Positions 10,650 to 22,357 of a stretch of 64,000 nucleotides of DNA are shown one piece after another. The DNA lies in the NCBI GenBank assembly GCA_964187785.1, contig OZ076410.1, positions 12,710,001 through 12,774,000 of the forward strand, written 5' to 3'. Each line of letters starts with the position of its first letter. The stretch's first letter is position 1. Source of the DNA: Amphiscolops sp. MND2022. Taxonomy: Eukaryota. Position numbers and translations under genes: made by a program. Below the pieces are notes generated by a model, which worked only from the letters and a program-made list of their open reading frames with translations, had not been told where the DNA came from and ran no database searches.

Positions 10650-13215
10650 AGTTAGTTACACACTTTTCAATGAGTGCAATACCAGTGCCAAGAATGGTTT
10701 TGCCAAGGTATTCGATTTTTGACCAAATTCACATTTACACAATCTGAGTTTCAATCCGGCCTTTCAACAGTTGCTGAAAATGAAGTTCTGGGTTTTCAAT
10801 CAATTCATCAGGCGTGTTCGCTGCTTACCCTTATCATCGACATACTGAGCACAGCGGGCCGCTTTGACCAAGGGTTCGAAGTACTCGCAGACTCCCATGG
10901 TGAATGCTGAAAGAGAACGGTTAAGACCTTGAGCCAATCTTAGGAAAGCAAATGTTCGGAACCAAAGTTAAATGACAAAAGACAAAAGATTGACTGTTCA
11001 TCGGCCATTTCTATACAATGGTAGGCGTGGAAACAATAAAGCTTGCAAAAATACATGTTCCCGACCATGTGTTGAGCAGCGATTCAAACAGTGGATACTG
11101 GGTGGTTATGTTCTCCGTAGTCGTTTTTATGAGGAGTGATTTTATACGAAATTGAGGTTCCTATTTGACTTACGAAGAATAAACCACTACAGTTTACCAC
11201 TAAACAACTGGTGGCAGGGAGGGATGATGGTTTTGCACCTGGAATACAAATCAATCAAGCCAGATTTGTATTTCATATTAATTTGCTGTCTTACTTGCAT
11301 TGACAGCATATGATTCGGGTTGACAGAGTACTTTTCGGAGCATGACATTCCAGTAAAGACTGTTCCCATTGTTGGGAGTACAAGAGGAAGACTTCCTCAA
11401 AAACTTTGCCTTCAATAAAAAGCGTAACGAAAATTGTTCTCGGTTGAGGACTAAATTGCCATTAGCAATTTAAACTTTAAAGTTGGGGGTTGAAGCACTT
11501 CAAGAGGGGTGTCGGGGTGGTCTGTTGAAATGTTTCGACGTTCTGTTTCAGATAGTGCACTTTGCACTGTTCCAATATCTAGATGGCTTCATATTGGTTT
11601 TCATATTTGTTTAGTTGTGACAAAACAAACACACTTAATTCTTTTTGTTTAAATGTAATGTTGGCATAAGGACTTTATATGATAATACATGTTTTCAAAT
11701 ACTCAACTGTTGCGAAGAGTCATTTGAAGTTTGTAGTCGTCGATTGGTTGTCGTCAGATGTGGGGACACCTCTTCGGCATCGTTCGCAAGCCTAATTGCG
11801 TCGTCTTGTCAGATGACGTCAAAAGCGTCGTCGTTTCTACATCGATGGAAGCTTTCATTAGAGTGAATCGATTGTTGTTTGTCATCGGCTTTATCGGTTG
11901 ATCATCGGATTTGTTTCTCCACAGATAGACGCTGTCTGCTTTGCAGGAATCGCGGGACGATTGAGTTGTATCTGGTGAGTGTTGTTAATTTTTAAGCCTG
12001 AAACCGGGTGCACACTTTTTTGTAACGCGGGTCGAAATTGTGGCCTTAGTAAAAACCTGTTGTCGTTCCGGGGACAGGCGGTCATTGTCTTCTTTGGCTT
12101 CCATGTGGTTGAAGGGTTTCAGTTGTAGTTTCAAGTCTCGGTGTCGTCCTTTCCTTTGTTTTGCTGGTCGTACGATCGTTCGTAAAGCAATTGTCCATAC
12201 GAGGTGCTGGTTTGCTCTTTCGACAGTCTCTAGCGGAAGGTTCTCATATCCGCAAGTCTGGCATATCGGTTTTGGATTATATTTCGGTTTGTCGTTATCT
12301 TGTTGTTTTGTTTGTTAAATGGTGTCCTGCTTCGTTCTACCGATGGTTTCGTCACGTTGCCGGCCACTGCATTCTTGTTTACTGTGGCCTGGTTTCCCGC
12401 AAAAGAAGCAAATTCCTTCAAATCTTTTGTTCTCTGTCTTGTAGAAGTTTTGGTCGAATCGTTTGAATTCGAGGTTTGTACTGGTATCGCATATCTGATT
12501 GATTTGCTGGTAGGCGGAGGTAGGTTGCTGCATTACCTGCTGGTACTGATATTTGTATTTGTGGATCAGGTAATTTTTTAATCCTTCTGGACTGTTGCCC
12601 TCTTGTTTCGCAATGATCAGAAATTGTTGTAAAATGATTGGCCGTTTTCGAACTAGGAACGTCTTCATACACGTCTGCCCCATCACTGTGAGCTTGTTTG
12701 GCAATTTTCTTGAGTTGTTTTTCAAAACTTACCAAAGTTTGAGTTGTAGGGTCTTCTTTGATTTCAGTCCATTTGTATCTGGCGACGTGTCGCATGTCTT
12801 TTTTGGCAAATTCCTTCCTAAACAACATCTGAAGTACATCGTTCAATGTTGTGGTGGAGGTTATGGTGATCATCTGCCAATAAAATGACTTCGTCATGCA
12901 GTGGGCTTTGCTGGAAACGGATTTTTCTTCCTCTGTGATTTTGTCGGCGATTGGATGGAATTGGTTGAGTAAAATGTGCTCTCATTGTTGTCTTTGTCCT
13001 TTGCTCCTCTGAAGTCCGGGTCGTGTGTCAGGAGCAATTTGATATTTGAATTTGTAGTTTTCTTGGCCAGTCCTGAATGGCGTCGAGTAAGGCGTTTCCG
13101 TTTGGCAAAACTGCCTAATGGTGAGTTGCTGGTAGTTTCGCGTTGGTAGGTGGTGAGACGCATTTCTTACCACCGCACACTCTCCTTGGGTTACCAACGA
13201 AGTGCTAATTAGTAT
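10650..13215 (-). mobile_element. Truncated, degenerate Ty3/Gypsy LTR retrotransposon (gag to RT; RNase H, integrase and 3' LTR missing)
   Basis: LTR end/PBS ..GCACTTCGT-TGGTAACC at ~13190-13210; gag-like ORF pieces 12315-13163; zinc knuckle CFFCGKPGHSKQEC (12369-12410); LYWNVM (~11340-11360); RT core CAQYVDD (~10840-10860) followed by frameshifted GLKL..CKCEFG..EYLGKTI (~10690-10770). Confidence 0.88.
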
Positions 13216-13464
13216 TGGTGACGTTACCGGTTACAGTATTTTATATTCTGGAGCTGCCAACTGAAATCGGTCCATAGCACATTGAATTTTCACCACATTT
13301 GCGTCACTGTAATCCGGTTGCATTCAGTAATGGACATGAAAACAATGAATTTTATGCAGCCAGAAGGCGAATCACAATAAACTAAACTTTTTGCGTGAAA
13401 ACGCACGTCCTAAGATTTTACGCAAAATAATCTCTCGCAAATAATTCAATGCAATCTCTTCATA

Positions 13465-14187
13465 TGTCGTGATCTCCGTCACTATTCTGTGAATCAGTAT
13501 AAATCTTCCTAGGGTTGTGATTCTGACCATTAAAGTAAAAATATATTCCAGAATTATTATTCCTTCCATGCTTTCTTGCTATTTCTAAGTTCGGTGGTCC
13601 AGACTAGTCTAGACCTGTAGACCGCATCTGCCCGAAATCCGCCGTTCTGATTAGCTAAAGTGTTCTGAATGCTGGGTAGTCTTTTCTCATTGATTTCAGA
13701 GTTTATGGATTCCAATATTTGAAAATTTTAGTCTCTTTTCAACTCATCAATCCTCTTTGGGACTTCAGACTTTACTAATTTAGCGGTTTCTTTTGTTGTT
13801 TCACTGTTTTCCCAGATGTTTGAATTCAAAAAAGACCTAAATTTTTCATGTCCTGTCTTAGTCTGCTGGTCTCAAGGTCAATTTCTTCATTTGTGTCCTC
13901 AGAAATGCGGTTTTCCTCTTTTCTAGAGTACGAATATAACATCACTTCGAAATTTCTGCTTGTCTTGGGCCTCGCTCTTTCGTCCTTTGTTTTCTAGTAG
14001 AAGGCATTGAAAGGGAATTCTACTCGATAAATGGTGAATTGTTGAACTTGTAAAATCTAGTATATTTGTGCGGTTGGTCAATTGTATTCTTATAACAGAG
14101 TGCCAAAGCAAAGTTTGTCTTATTCACTGCACGTATCAAGTGTTCAATAAGGTAGACCAACACTTTATGGCTTTGTGACTTCGTGTC
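13465..14187 (-). mobile_element. Solo/partial LTR of the ORF-bearing 'MPST' family, diverged copy
   Basis: Minus strand reads MPSTRKQRTKERGPRQ.. (ATG ~14007), ..ILESINSEINEKRLPSIQNTL.. and ..NHNPRKIYTDSQNSDGDHD-A, ending GATCACGACA at 13465. Collinear with 18545-19194. Its 5' end probably runs into the N gap. Confidence 0.65.
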
Positions 14188-14387
14188 NNNNNNNNNNNNN
14201 NNNNNNNNNNNNNNNNNNNNNNNNNNNNNNNNNNNNNNNNNNNNNNNNNNNNNNNNNNNNNNNNNNNNNNNNNNNNNNNNNNNNNNNNNNNNNNNNNNNN
14301 NNNNNNNNNNNNNNNNNNNNNNNNNNNNNNNNNNNNNNNNNNNNNNNNNNNNNNNNNNNNNNNNNNNNNNNNNNNNNNNNNNNNNNN
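14188..14387. other. Assembly gap (200 N)
   Basis: Run of N; the round length suggests a scaffolding placeholder. Confidence 0.99.
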
Positions 14388-14389
14388 TT

Positions 14390-14770
14390 TCGCTATGTAG
14401 TTACGCATTTTTGATGAAGAAATCAACAGCTTCCTGTTTTGAGTCATCAATAAACACTCAATACGAACATAATTAGTCAAATTGTGTGAACAATGTTTTG
14501 TTCAAGCGGAAAACTACTCTAATAGAAGTTAACTTCCTGTTATGAAAAAAGGTTTTACTTTTAATAAGGTTAGTCTAATGTTTTTAAGGAACGTTATTTT
14601 CAAAAATTTTGGTGGTGGGGGGGAAAACAGAAAAGAGCCAAGTTTACTTTCAGTAAAGTTTTTTTTCATAACTTCATAGGCCTCTCATAGTCTTTGTTGA
14701 CATGACGATGCTTTAAAGAATTATGAAGTTATGAAAAAAGCTATTCTCCGGAGCTTCAGCTGTGAAAAAA
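14390..14770. repeat. Interspersed repeat family B (AAATTTTGGTGGTGGGGG / AACAGGAAGTTAAC motifs), unclassified
   Basis: The same blocks recur at ~41960-42720, 49230-49880, 52480-52888 + 58275-58330 (split by the Gypsy) and 58840-59105. Confidence 0.7.
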
Positions 14771-15182
14771 TGTCACCCCCATTCCGCGGGGTAAAGGTGG
14801 AACAAGCAGTCCTGTAGATGAAGATAAGTAGACGTCTTTTTCAAAATTAAAGATTTTCTCGAAAGACCCCTGTTTGTGAAAAAGAAGCATTTTTGGAAGA
14901 TAATGTGAGCAAATGTATTCCATGCACGATATTTCTCAAATACAATGCTTGCAAAGATCTTGCAAAGAATCAAAGAATACATTATATGCAAGGATCTTGC
15001 ATGATTCTTTCAAAAATCCAAGCAAAATGTAAAATCTTGCAAAATCCTTCCAGATTGGACAAAATGAAGTTGGACCGATCACTAACCGGGCTTCTTCATG
15101 CCCTCCATACACTTGTCCGTCTTTTTTCCCATCTTGAACGATTCTCATTGGCCGAGGCAACTTTCAGTGAATTAGATCAGAT

Positions 15183-15579
15183 GGTTACAAGACATTTCAT
15201 CCTATTCATTTTGAACCGCTGCAATTTCAATATTTTGCATTTTCAACTTTCTCCGAATTACCTCTATACTAATTTTGGCTATTTATAGTCGTAATTCAGT
15301 TGAGTTATTAATTCAGTACAATAGATAGTAAGCAATTAAGCAGACTTAATTAATGGTAATTACTCATAAAAACGCCAAAACGAATCAAAACTGGCGTAAA
15401 AATTAGCATATTTGTTTTGAAACGGCACGAAAATGAAAACCTCGTGAAATAATTATATAACTTATAGGATCCCTTAGTTTAGGTCGAAATTGCGAAAAGT
15501 TGAAAATGCAATAGGTTGAAATTGTGGACGGTTGAAATTGCATAGGTCGAAATTGCATAGGATGAAATGTCGTGACACC
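15183..15579. mobile_element. MULE/Foldback-like MITE with subterminal tandem repeats
   Basis: Left GGTTACAAGACATTTCATCCTA matches the reverse complement of the right end, GGTGTCACGACATTTCATCCTA. Short GTTGAAATTGCA-type repeats lie inside the arms. The 9-bp flanks AGATCAGAT / AGATTAAAT match 7/9. Confidence 0.65.
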
Positions 15580-16849
15580 AGATTAAATGCAGAACTTGAC
15601 TTCACAGGCTAGAATCACTCCCAGCTGAGTTTCATGCAGAACGAGTGCGGTGTGAACAATTTAGTCATTGTTCGGGTCGGGAATCGAAACATCAACTCGG
15701 ATCAAAAATATCATCATTTGATTGGTCGAGACGACAACTAAGATAAGAAGTGATTCACACGTTTTTTGCTCAATTGATGATTTAAATGATTCAACTGATT
15801 TAAATCAAACTCTAGTATTTCATCATCAAGTTCATTCAGTAGACTTTGAGAAACATCAATGTATCAAACTAACTAATGAACCGTTCCTTCTAATCTCAAT
15901 AGAATCGCAATGGGTTTCGTTTCGATTAAGATAGTTGACATCCTAGTTTTCCAGAATCACAAATTTTGCAATAATCGGCCTAAATTCTTATTAACCCTAT
16001 TTAGCATCGCGGTACGTATTTGCACCACTTAAGATCTGCGAACTTCTAAAGGCACCTGCCCACCGTATGGTAAAGCAAACTCTTGAATAAGATTTTCAGA
16101 CAATATTGCATAGCATTCGGCGCCTTTTCACGGAATATTGACGTGACGTCTCCGAAATCCAGAAAATGAGACAAAAAATTCAAAAAAAAATAACTGCAGA
16201 TTTTCCAGTTTCCCATTTTTCGTTTCTGGCCCTTTTAACCCACTGGTGTCAACATTGGGTCAAAGCGGCTTCAGAATGTTTTGAAAGTTTTGGCGCAAAG
16301 TCCGGAGCCAGTGCGGTCCCCCAGCCCAGCAGTTTAAAAATTGATTTGAAAGCCCTGATGCTCCTCTTTCGAACGCTGTATGAATCGTTTTTCGGACTTG
16401 AATAGTTAAGGAGATATTGCGGTTCAAAGTTTAAGCAACCGATTTTACGATGGATCCAGAAAGTTCCACCTCTATTCCGTGCTAATTATGCATTTCTTAC
16501 AAGAATCTTACAAATTTGTACAAGAATCGCAAATTATGCAAGTTTATTACAATGTTGAACGTTTCTTAGAAGAGTCTGATAACATTTGTGCAAAATTTGC
16601 ATCGTTTTGTAAGAAATTCTTACAGAAAATGCGATGTAGAATTTCGACCAAAAATTCGTTCAAGATTTTCTGGACCTATTTTGGGTCCTTTTTGAATAAC
16701 ATTTGATTTGAAAGTCTGTATCTCTAACTGGGTTACCTTAATGACACGGGTAGCATTAAGGACGCTTTTCGGCACCGCGTTTTCAGAAGCCGCTTGTAGG
16801 TAGGGTTTTGGGTAATGGATTTGGGTTAGATTGTCATAAATTTTGGATG

Positions 16850-17235
16850 GAAATGATCTAGACTTAATTTTTTGTTGGGAAAAGATCCAAAATCACTGAA
16901 TTTCAGTGGAAAAACCTCTAAATTCACTATTCTGGGGAATAACGTCTAAAATCACTCTTTTTGTATAATAACGTCTAAAATCACTGTATTTCGGTAGAAT
17001 AAGATCTAAAAACACCGTATTTCACTGGAATCACGTCCAAAATTACTGTTTTTCGATAGAATAACGTCTAAATTCGCCATTTTTGAGTAATGATGTCTAG
17101 AATCACTCTTTTCGGGAATAACGTCTGAAATAACTATTTTTGTGGAGTAACGTCTAAAATCACTGTATTCTGGTAGAATAATATCTAAAAACATCCTATT
17201 TCACCGGAATAACGTGTGAAATCACTGTTTTTTCT
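16850..17235. repeat. ~30-31-bp minisatellite (ATAACGTCTAAAATCACTGTATTTCGGTAGA-like), ~12 diverged units
   Basis: Direct inspection; the unit pair at ~16970-17030 recurs at ~17150-17210. A hairpin CCTTAATG/CATTAAGG lies upstream at 16736-16761. Confidence 0.8.
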
Positions 17236-18030
17236 GATGAAATAGCTTCTGAATTCTTTATTTTTGTGCATAATACGGTTATTTATAGCCGCATTGTGAA
17301 ATAATCGGTTAAGTCTAGGAATCAGACTAAAAAAACAAATTAGGCAATTAAAATTGTTCACCGTTATTTAAAAAGTAGATTTCTGCGACGTACAAAGATC
17401 AATGACCATAATGGTTCGTTTTTGGCGTTTTATTCAACTTCACGGCATTTCAAAGGTCTTACTTTTGATTTCATTGTTTATCATGGATAGTTTGTAATTA
17501 CTTTTAAAGAAGCCAACGATTTAAAAAACACTGAGTTCTTTTTCGTAGTTACTATGTAAAACAAGCCGGGGACGGCCCAAGTCGGGGCCACGCTCAAAGT
17601 TGAAAACAACAAAGTTTTTATACATGCAAAGGACCAAAAGTGAGACTTTTATTTCAAAATAACAGTGCCAAAAAGCCCGATTTTTGAAAATTAGTTTCTG
17701 TCGCAGGCTGCCGCCTGTGAGGGCATATTCTACCAAATCATGCCAGACGACAATCAGAAGAACCAGGGACCGGGAGTCTTACCCATATGAAAATCTTTAA
17801 CCTCTCCGAAGAATTAAAACAACAAACTAATACGTATTTGTACTGTTAAAGTTGATTCAATTATGACTTTAACCAACATACAATACTTTGTAAAATTGAC
17901 CGAAGGTCAACTTGACAGCAACCTTATACTAAAATTGTCCCAAGTACTGACATTGATATTGTTTTGTACGATTTTGCTTAATTTTTCTTTTGGATACACG
18001 TTGCGTCAAATTTGTTTACTGCAATAGTTT

Positions 18031-19194
18031 CGTAATTGTGTTTTAGAACAACCTGAAAGGTGCTTTAATATCTTGTAGTACGAGCAAGAAAGCTGGAAAA
18101 CACGTTCAACCTGCCTACTACTGCAGTCAGGATGACGCGTAGTCCAAACATATTCTCAGCCAATCAGAATGCAGTAAGAACCATTCACTGCAGACACGCT
18201 GACGCTTGGTCAGAATTAGTGTTTTGCTAAATATTGAGGCTCTCGTTACATGAAATGTTGCTTTTAACCTAGAATTAGTAATCTTCTATTTATTACGTTA
18301 CAATTTTTAATGCTATTCATATCTTCCCAACCAAACTGACGTAATGTCTAGAGGACTGATCTCACTCTAAATTTAGCTACCTGACGCACAAATTTATGCG
18401 TGTCACGCAGTTTAAACTATATATACGCGGAACTAGTTGCTAAAAGGATGAATGATCATTATCACCACCTACACTCAAAACACGATACTATTCAAATTGT
18501 TCTTTCTTACAATTCACTGTTGATACCAAATTTCTTTTTTGATAATGCCTTCAACTAAAACGCAGAAAGCAAGGGAAAAACGTTCTAGACAATCTGACGT
18601 GTTGTCAGTTATTGAAAATCTTGATGTAATGCTCGGAAGTTATCAAAGAGATGACTGTAGAGTGCAAGAGAGAGATAGTGAAAACGAAATGGACTTAAGG
18701 TCAACCAGACAAAAAGGAAGAATGAACCAGAATTATAGTGAATTCAGGTCTTTCTCAAACACTAATTTTAGTGAGACTAGTGGTTTGACCGAAGAAACTA
18801 TTAGAGCAATCAATTCAGAAATTACTTGGCTAATGTCTAGAAAACTTGAGGAAATGAAATCAAACCTAAATTCACACATATTAGACGTAATCAACTCTGC
18901 CAATTGAGGAAAAGTTGATACCGAGCATCAAAAATGCTGTAGGAGGCCAAAATTCAGCTAAGAATACAAATTTGGACCTTCTGTCAGACGGACCGCATCC
19001 GAGTAATTTTAGTCAAGTACGTCCTCAGAGGGACTTTCAGTCAAATGGTGGACTGCATCCGAAAAAGGTTAGCCAAGTGGCTCAGGATGCTCAGAAAGAC
19101 CTTCCCAGAATAGTAGCAATTAGTAGTAACCGAATAAATCACAGTAGAGGGAAGTCAGTGGATTCTAATCAAAGTGATGGCGATGGTTACGACA
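18031..19194 (+). mobile_element. Putative ~1.16-kb solo LTR carrying an internal ORF (MPSTKTQKAREKRSRQSDV..., 18545-19194, one frameshift at ~18902)
   Basis: Ends ..GGTTACGACA (19194). Flanked by GTTT (18027-18030 and 19195-19198), with (C)GTAAT at the left end as a mutated TGTAAT. The ORF is coiled-coil-like and homologous to 13465-14007 on the opposite strand. The left boundary is tentative. Confidence 0.6.
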
Positions 19195-19959
19195 GTTTCA
19201 TTCGAATTTTTCAAACGTTTCAAAGTCTCACAGTGTCGGAAAAGGAACTTTCAGCTCACAAAACTACTTTTTCCAAACCGAAAACTTATCAGAGTGAGGG
19301 AGGTGCTTTTTAACCAAATAAAAGTTTTGGGAAAAAAATTAGCACAAATCCGAAATAAAAGCGGAAAAACGTCTTTCCCACCCTAAGAAAACTCATTTGT
19401 TCCACATGATCAAAAATTTACCAAAGAGGTCACCACCAAGACCCGGGAAACAATTTCTGTTTCAGAAAAACAAAAACTGTGAAAAAATACTTCAAAAAAA
19501 TTCAAAAAAAATCTTTTCACAAATCGTTTTGCTTCGGTGAGTCGCTCAGTGCCTAAAAGAGTAATCTTTCTTGCTCGCAAAACACTTCCTTCTGAATTAA
19601 AACGTTGTTTGAGTTTTTACTTTGCACTGACATACGTGAGAAGGCAGAAGCGTATAGAATCGGTTCGATGTATTAAATCGCAGTACTCCCCTTTCGTTCA
19701 TAAAACTCTCTAGAAAAAGATGGTTTTAAATTGCCAGAGGGCAGGTACCTGAATCTTTTTGACCTTCGAGATGCAAATTGTTGCTTTGATGGTGAATAAA
19801 TAGCGAATTGGTGAGATGCCGAACTTTAGAGGCCTTGTTCAAAATTTTTTCTGTGAAAGCGCGCTTTAGTGCCCCAATTCAGTTGTTTTTGAGCGTGGTT
19901 GAAATATAATCAGTGAAACCCTTGAGAAGAACTGCCGAATAGTGTAGATGGGCAAATGA

Positions 19960-20840
19960 TGAAATATAAAAGGAACCCAGAAACCTCATAAATTGGATTC
20001 ACTCGTAGACTTTGCATGGTGAATCAATGGTTTTGTGCAAGTTGTGAAATCATCCCATTGAATCCCATACATGGCCAGGTGAATTCGTTTGATACCATGT
20101 ATGAATCTAGGACCCAAGCTTGGATGTTTATTTAATTGAATGTTGTAACGATGAGAATATGGCATTTGAATCAAAAATCTATACATTCAATCTGAACAAG
20201 GGATGAGCCTACTCGGCTCTTCGAGCCCTGCCGAGCAAAGTATCAATTAGCGAGCGTTTCTAGTTCAATGCGCTACTTTTTAAAACTATGTAGGACAACA
20301 AATGCAGCCTCCTGGATGATTTCAAAAACAGTTCGTAGAAGGTTTCGAGGCGTGAATAGAAAAGTTCTTTTTTTTTTAATCCATCCAGCCACATAACAAA
20401 AGCAAAATTTATTTGATCTCAAGTTGGTGATGTCACGGGGTATGAGATCAACCGTTTCCAACCAATTGTAACCAACTCTTGTAGCATTTCGTTTTTGATA
20501 CAGTTCTACAGTATAGTGATGGGTACAGGCCATGTTGTTTTATGCGAGTTTAATACGTGCAAGGAGTTTCCTTTAAGCTGCAAAAAGACTTCACAAATCA
20601 TTTCAAATATTCAAAGTTCATATGCTGTGACAATTTTGTACTTAATCAAAACAATAGATATGCTTCCACTGTATTTTGTCGAAAAAAATTGCACGAAGTA
20701 TTCGCCGTTTAACTTTTTCAATCAAATCAATGTTCGTTTTTGCTGAACTTCTATATACTAGCAGACCATATGAAATGAAAGACCATGCAATTGAATGATG
20801 AAACATGAACAAAAAATTTATTGCATACAAATCACTCAAT
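19960..20840 (-). mobile_element. LINE (L2/CR1-like) RT C-terminal and 3' remnant
   Basis: FHHSIAWSFISYGLLVYRSSAKTNIDLIEKVKRRILRAIFF (20670-20810) resembles the post-RT C-terminal motif of L2/CR1 ORF2; further degenerate pieces at 19986-20530. Confidence 0.6.
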
Positions 20841-21574
20841 TTTTACACCAAACCGGAGAACTTGCTACGCTTTCGGACAACATAGGCAGTATGGTTGGTG
20901 AAACCTAACTTTCTATCAGTATACAAACTTAAATATTTACAGGAATCTTTGGTTTTGATTTGGTTGCCAAAAGAACTCAAATGACTTTGTTTTCACATTT
21001 TCACACTAGTCTGTATTGCATTTTTTTCACACTTGTCTGTATTCATAGTCAGTCAAATAAACGTTCCTTTCCTTTCCAACCTTGGGAATAAGTGCTCCGG
21101 TCTATGTGGCTGAACCTGAAAATCGGGAAAATTCGAAAACCATTTGAATTTAAACATCCGAAAACAAAGTTCCCTCACGACAAATATTTCGTATAGATGT
21201 GTTTATCGCATGTAATTTTAGCAAGGCCGTTTTTTTACTGAATTTCAAATCAAATCTGATTCGGGCAGTTTTTAGATTGGACTGATCGCGGAACTTTCCT
21301 AATCGCCAGTTTTGACTTGAACTTGACATGCAATAGAAAAGGCTTTGGGTGCTACAGAAATGTTCTCTTATCTTGTCCATACAATCCAATGTACAATCTC
21401 TCAATACAAGATCAGTTTTTTAAATGTTTCTTTATATGGTAATGCATAGAGTTTTCTTGAACTTGGAAGATTGAAGTTTCTCAGTTGCTTTGAGGACAGT
21501 TTTTGGCACCGCGTGTTCCGAAGCTGCGATTTAGATGTTGGTAATGCTGCATAGCAAAAAGAGCTCAGTCAAAA

Positions 21575-22357
21575 CAAACAAAACGGGAACGTCTAAAGTC
21601 GGCGCTATATGTAAGGCTCAGAAAGCCCAGTTTTTGAAATATGCGTAGGATGGTTTCATGAAAAACTGCTGTTTATGAACCTCCGCCTCCTCCTTCATTA
21701 CAATCGAAGGAGGGACCATTTGGAGACAAATTATTTGGAAAAAAGTCTCACATCGCCAAAAAAATGAAAAAGTGGACCCCTTAGTCTCGTCCGATTTTGT
21801 TTGTTACGTTTAAAAAGTAAAAAAAGAAAGGGGACCCTTTGCTATAACTTAGATTCGTTCCGGATGTACTCGTTTACTTGAACAAACTAAACGAAAATTT
21901 CGTCGCATTCGAGTCTGTCTTAAAGAAAAAACAAGCCGGAGACCCCATAAGTCTAAGGCTCAAAAATAGCTCAAAGGACTTCTAAGTGTCAAGTTTGCTT
22001 TTTTACAGCACTCAAAAAACATAAGTTGGTTTGAATTGGCGCGCCGAGAAAGGGGGGACCCTTTGGGATTTTTCAACATCCATTCTGTCGCAAAACATAT
22101 AAAAAACTGAAGGGGAACGACACTTTAGAGAAAAAAAAAATTTCAAAAAAAGTCTCACAATGCTGAAAAAACTGAAAGGGGGGACCCTTTAGTCGCGCCC
22201 GGTATTGTATGTTACGCTAAAAAAACAACCAACATTTTTGGTTCAGCTCTCTAGACCAAATGCTTCAATTGGACACCACCATTTTGGTCAGCTCGTGTGG
22301 ATTGAAAAAAAGTCACTACAATAGTCTGGTTTCACTTCAAGAAGCGCCGACTAAAAA
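21575..22357 (+). mobile_element. Helentron-associated (HINE/DINE-1-like) non-autonomous elements, two adjacent heads and one tail
   Basis: Heads AAAC(G)GGAACGTCTAAAGTCGGCGCTATATGTAAGGCTC (~21580) and AACAAGCCGG..AAGGCTCAAAAATAGC (21930); tail ATAGTC..TTCACTTCAAGAAGCGCCGACTAAAAA (22321-22357). Confidence 0.65.

Noticed and set aside
13562-13585. Short match (GCTTTCTTGCT) to 18082-18095 suggesting a shared LTR start
   Set aside because: Codon alignment puts 13562-13585 inside the MPST ORF, whereas the 18082 match is ~460 bp upstream of its ATG; non-collinear, so treated as chance.
14136-14480. ORFs spanning the N run
   Set aside because: Artefacts of the assembly gap.
14893-15288. 131-aa and 74-aa ORFs and a possible small exon at ~15085-15160
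   Set aside because: Built from CTTGCAAGA repeats and a MITE arm; no recognisable protein and no Rho motifs.
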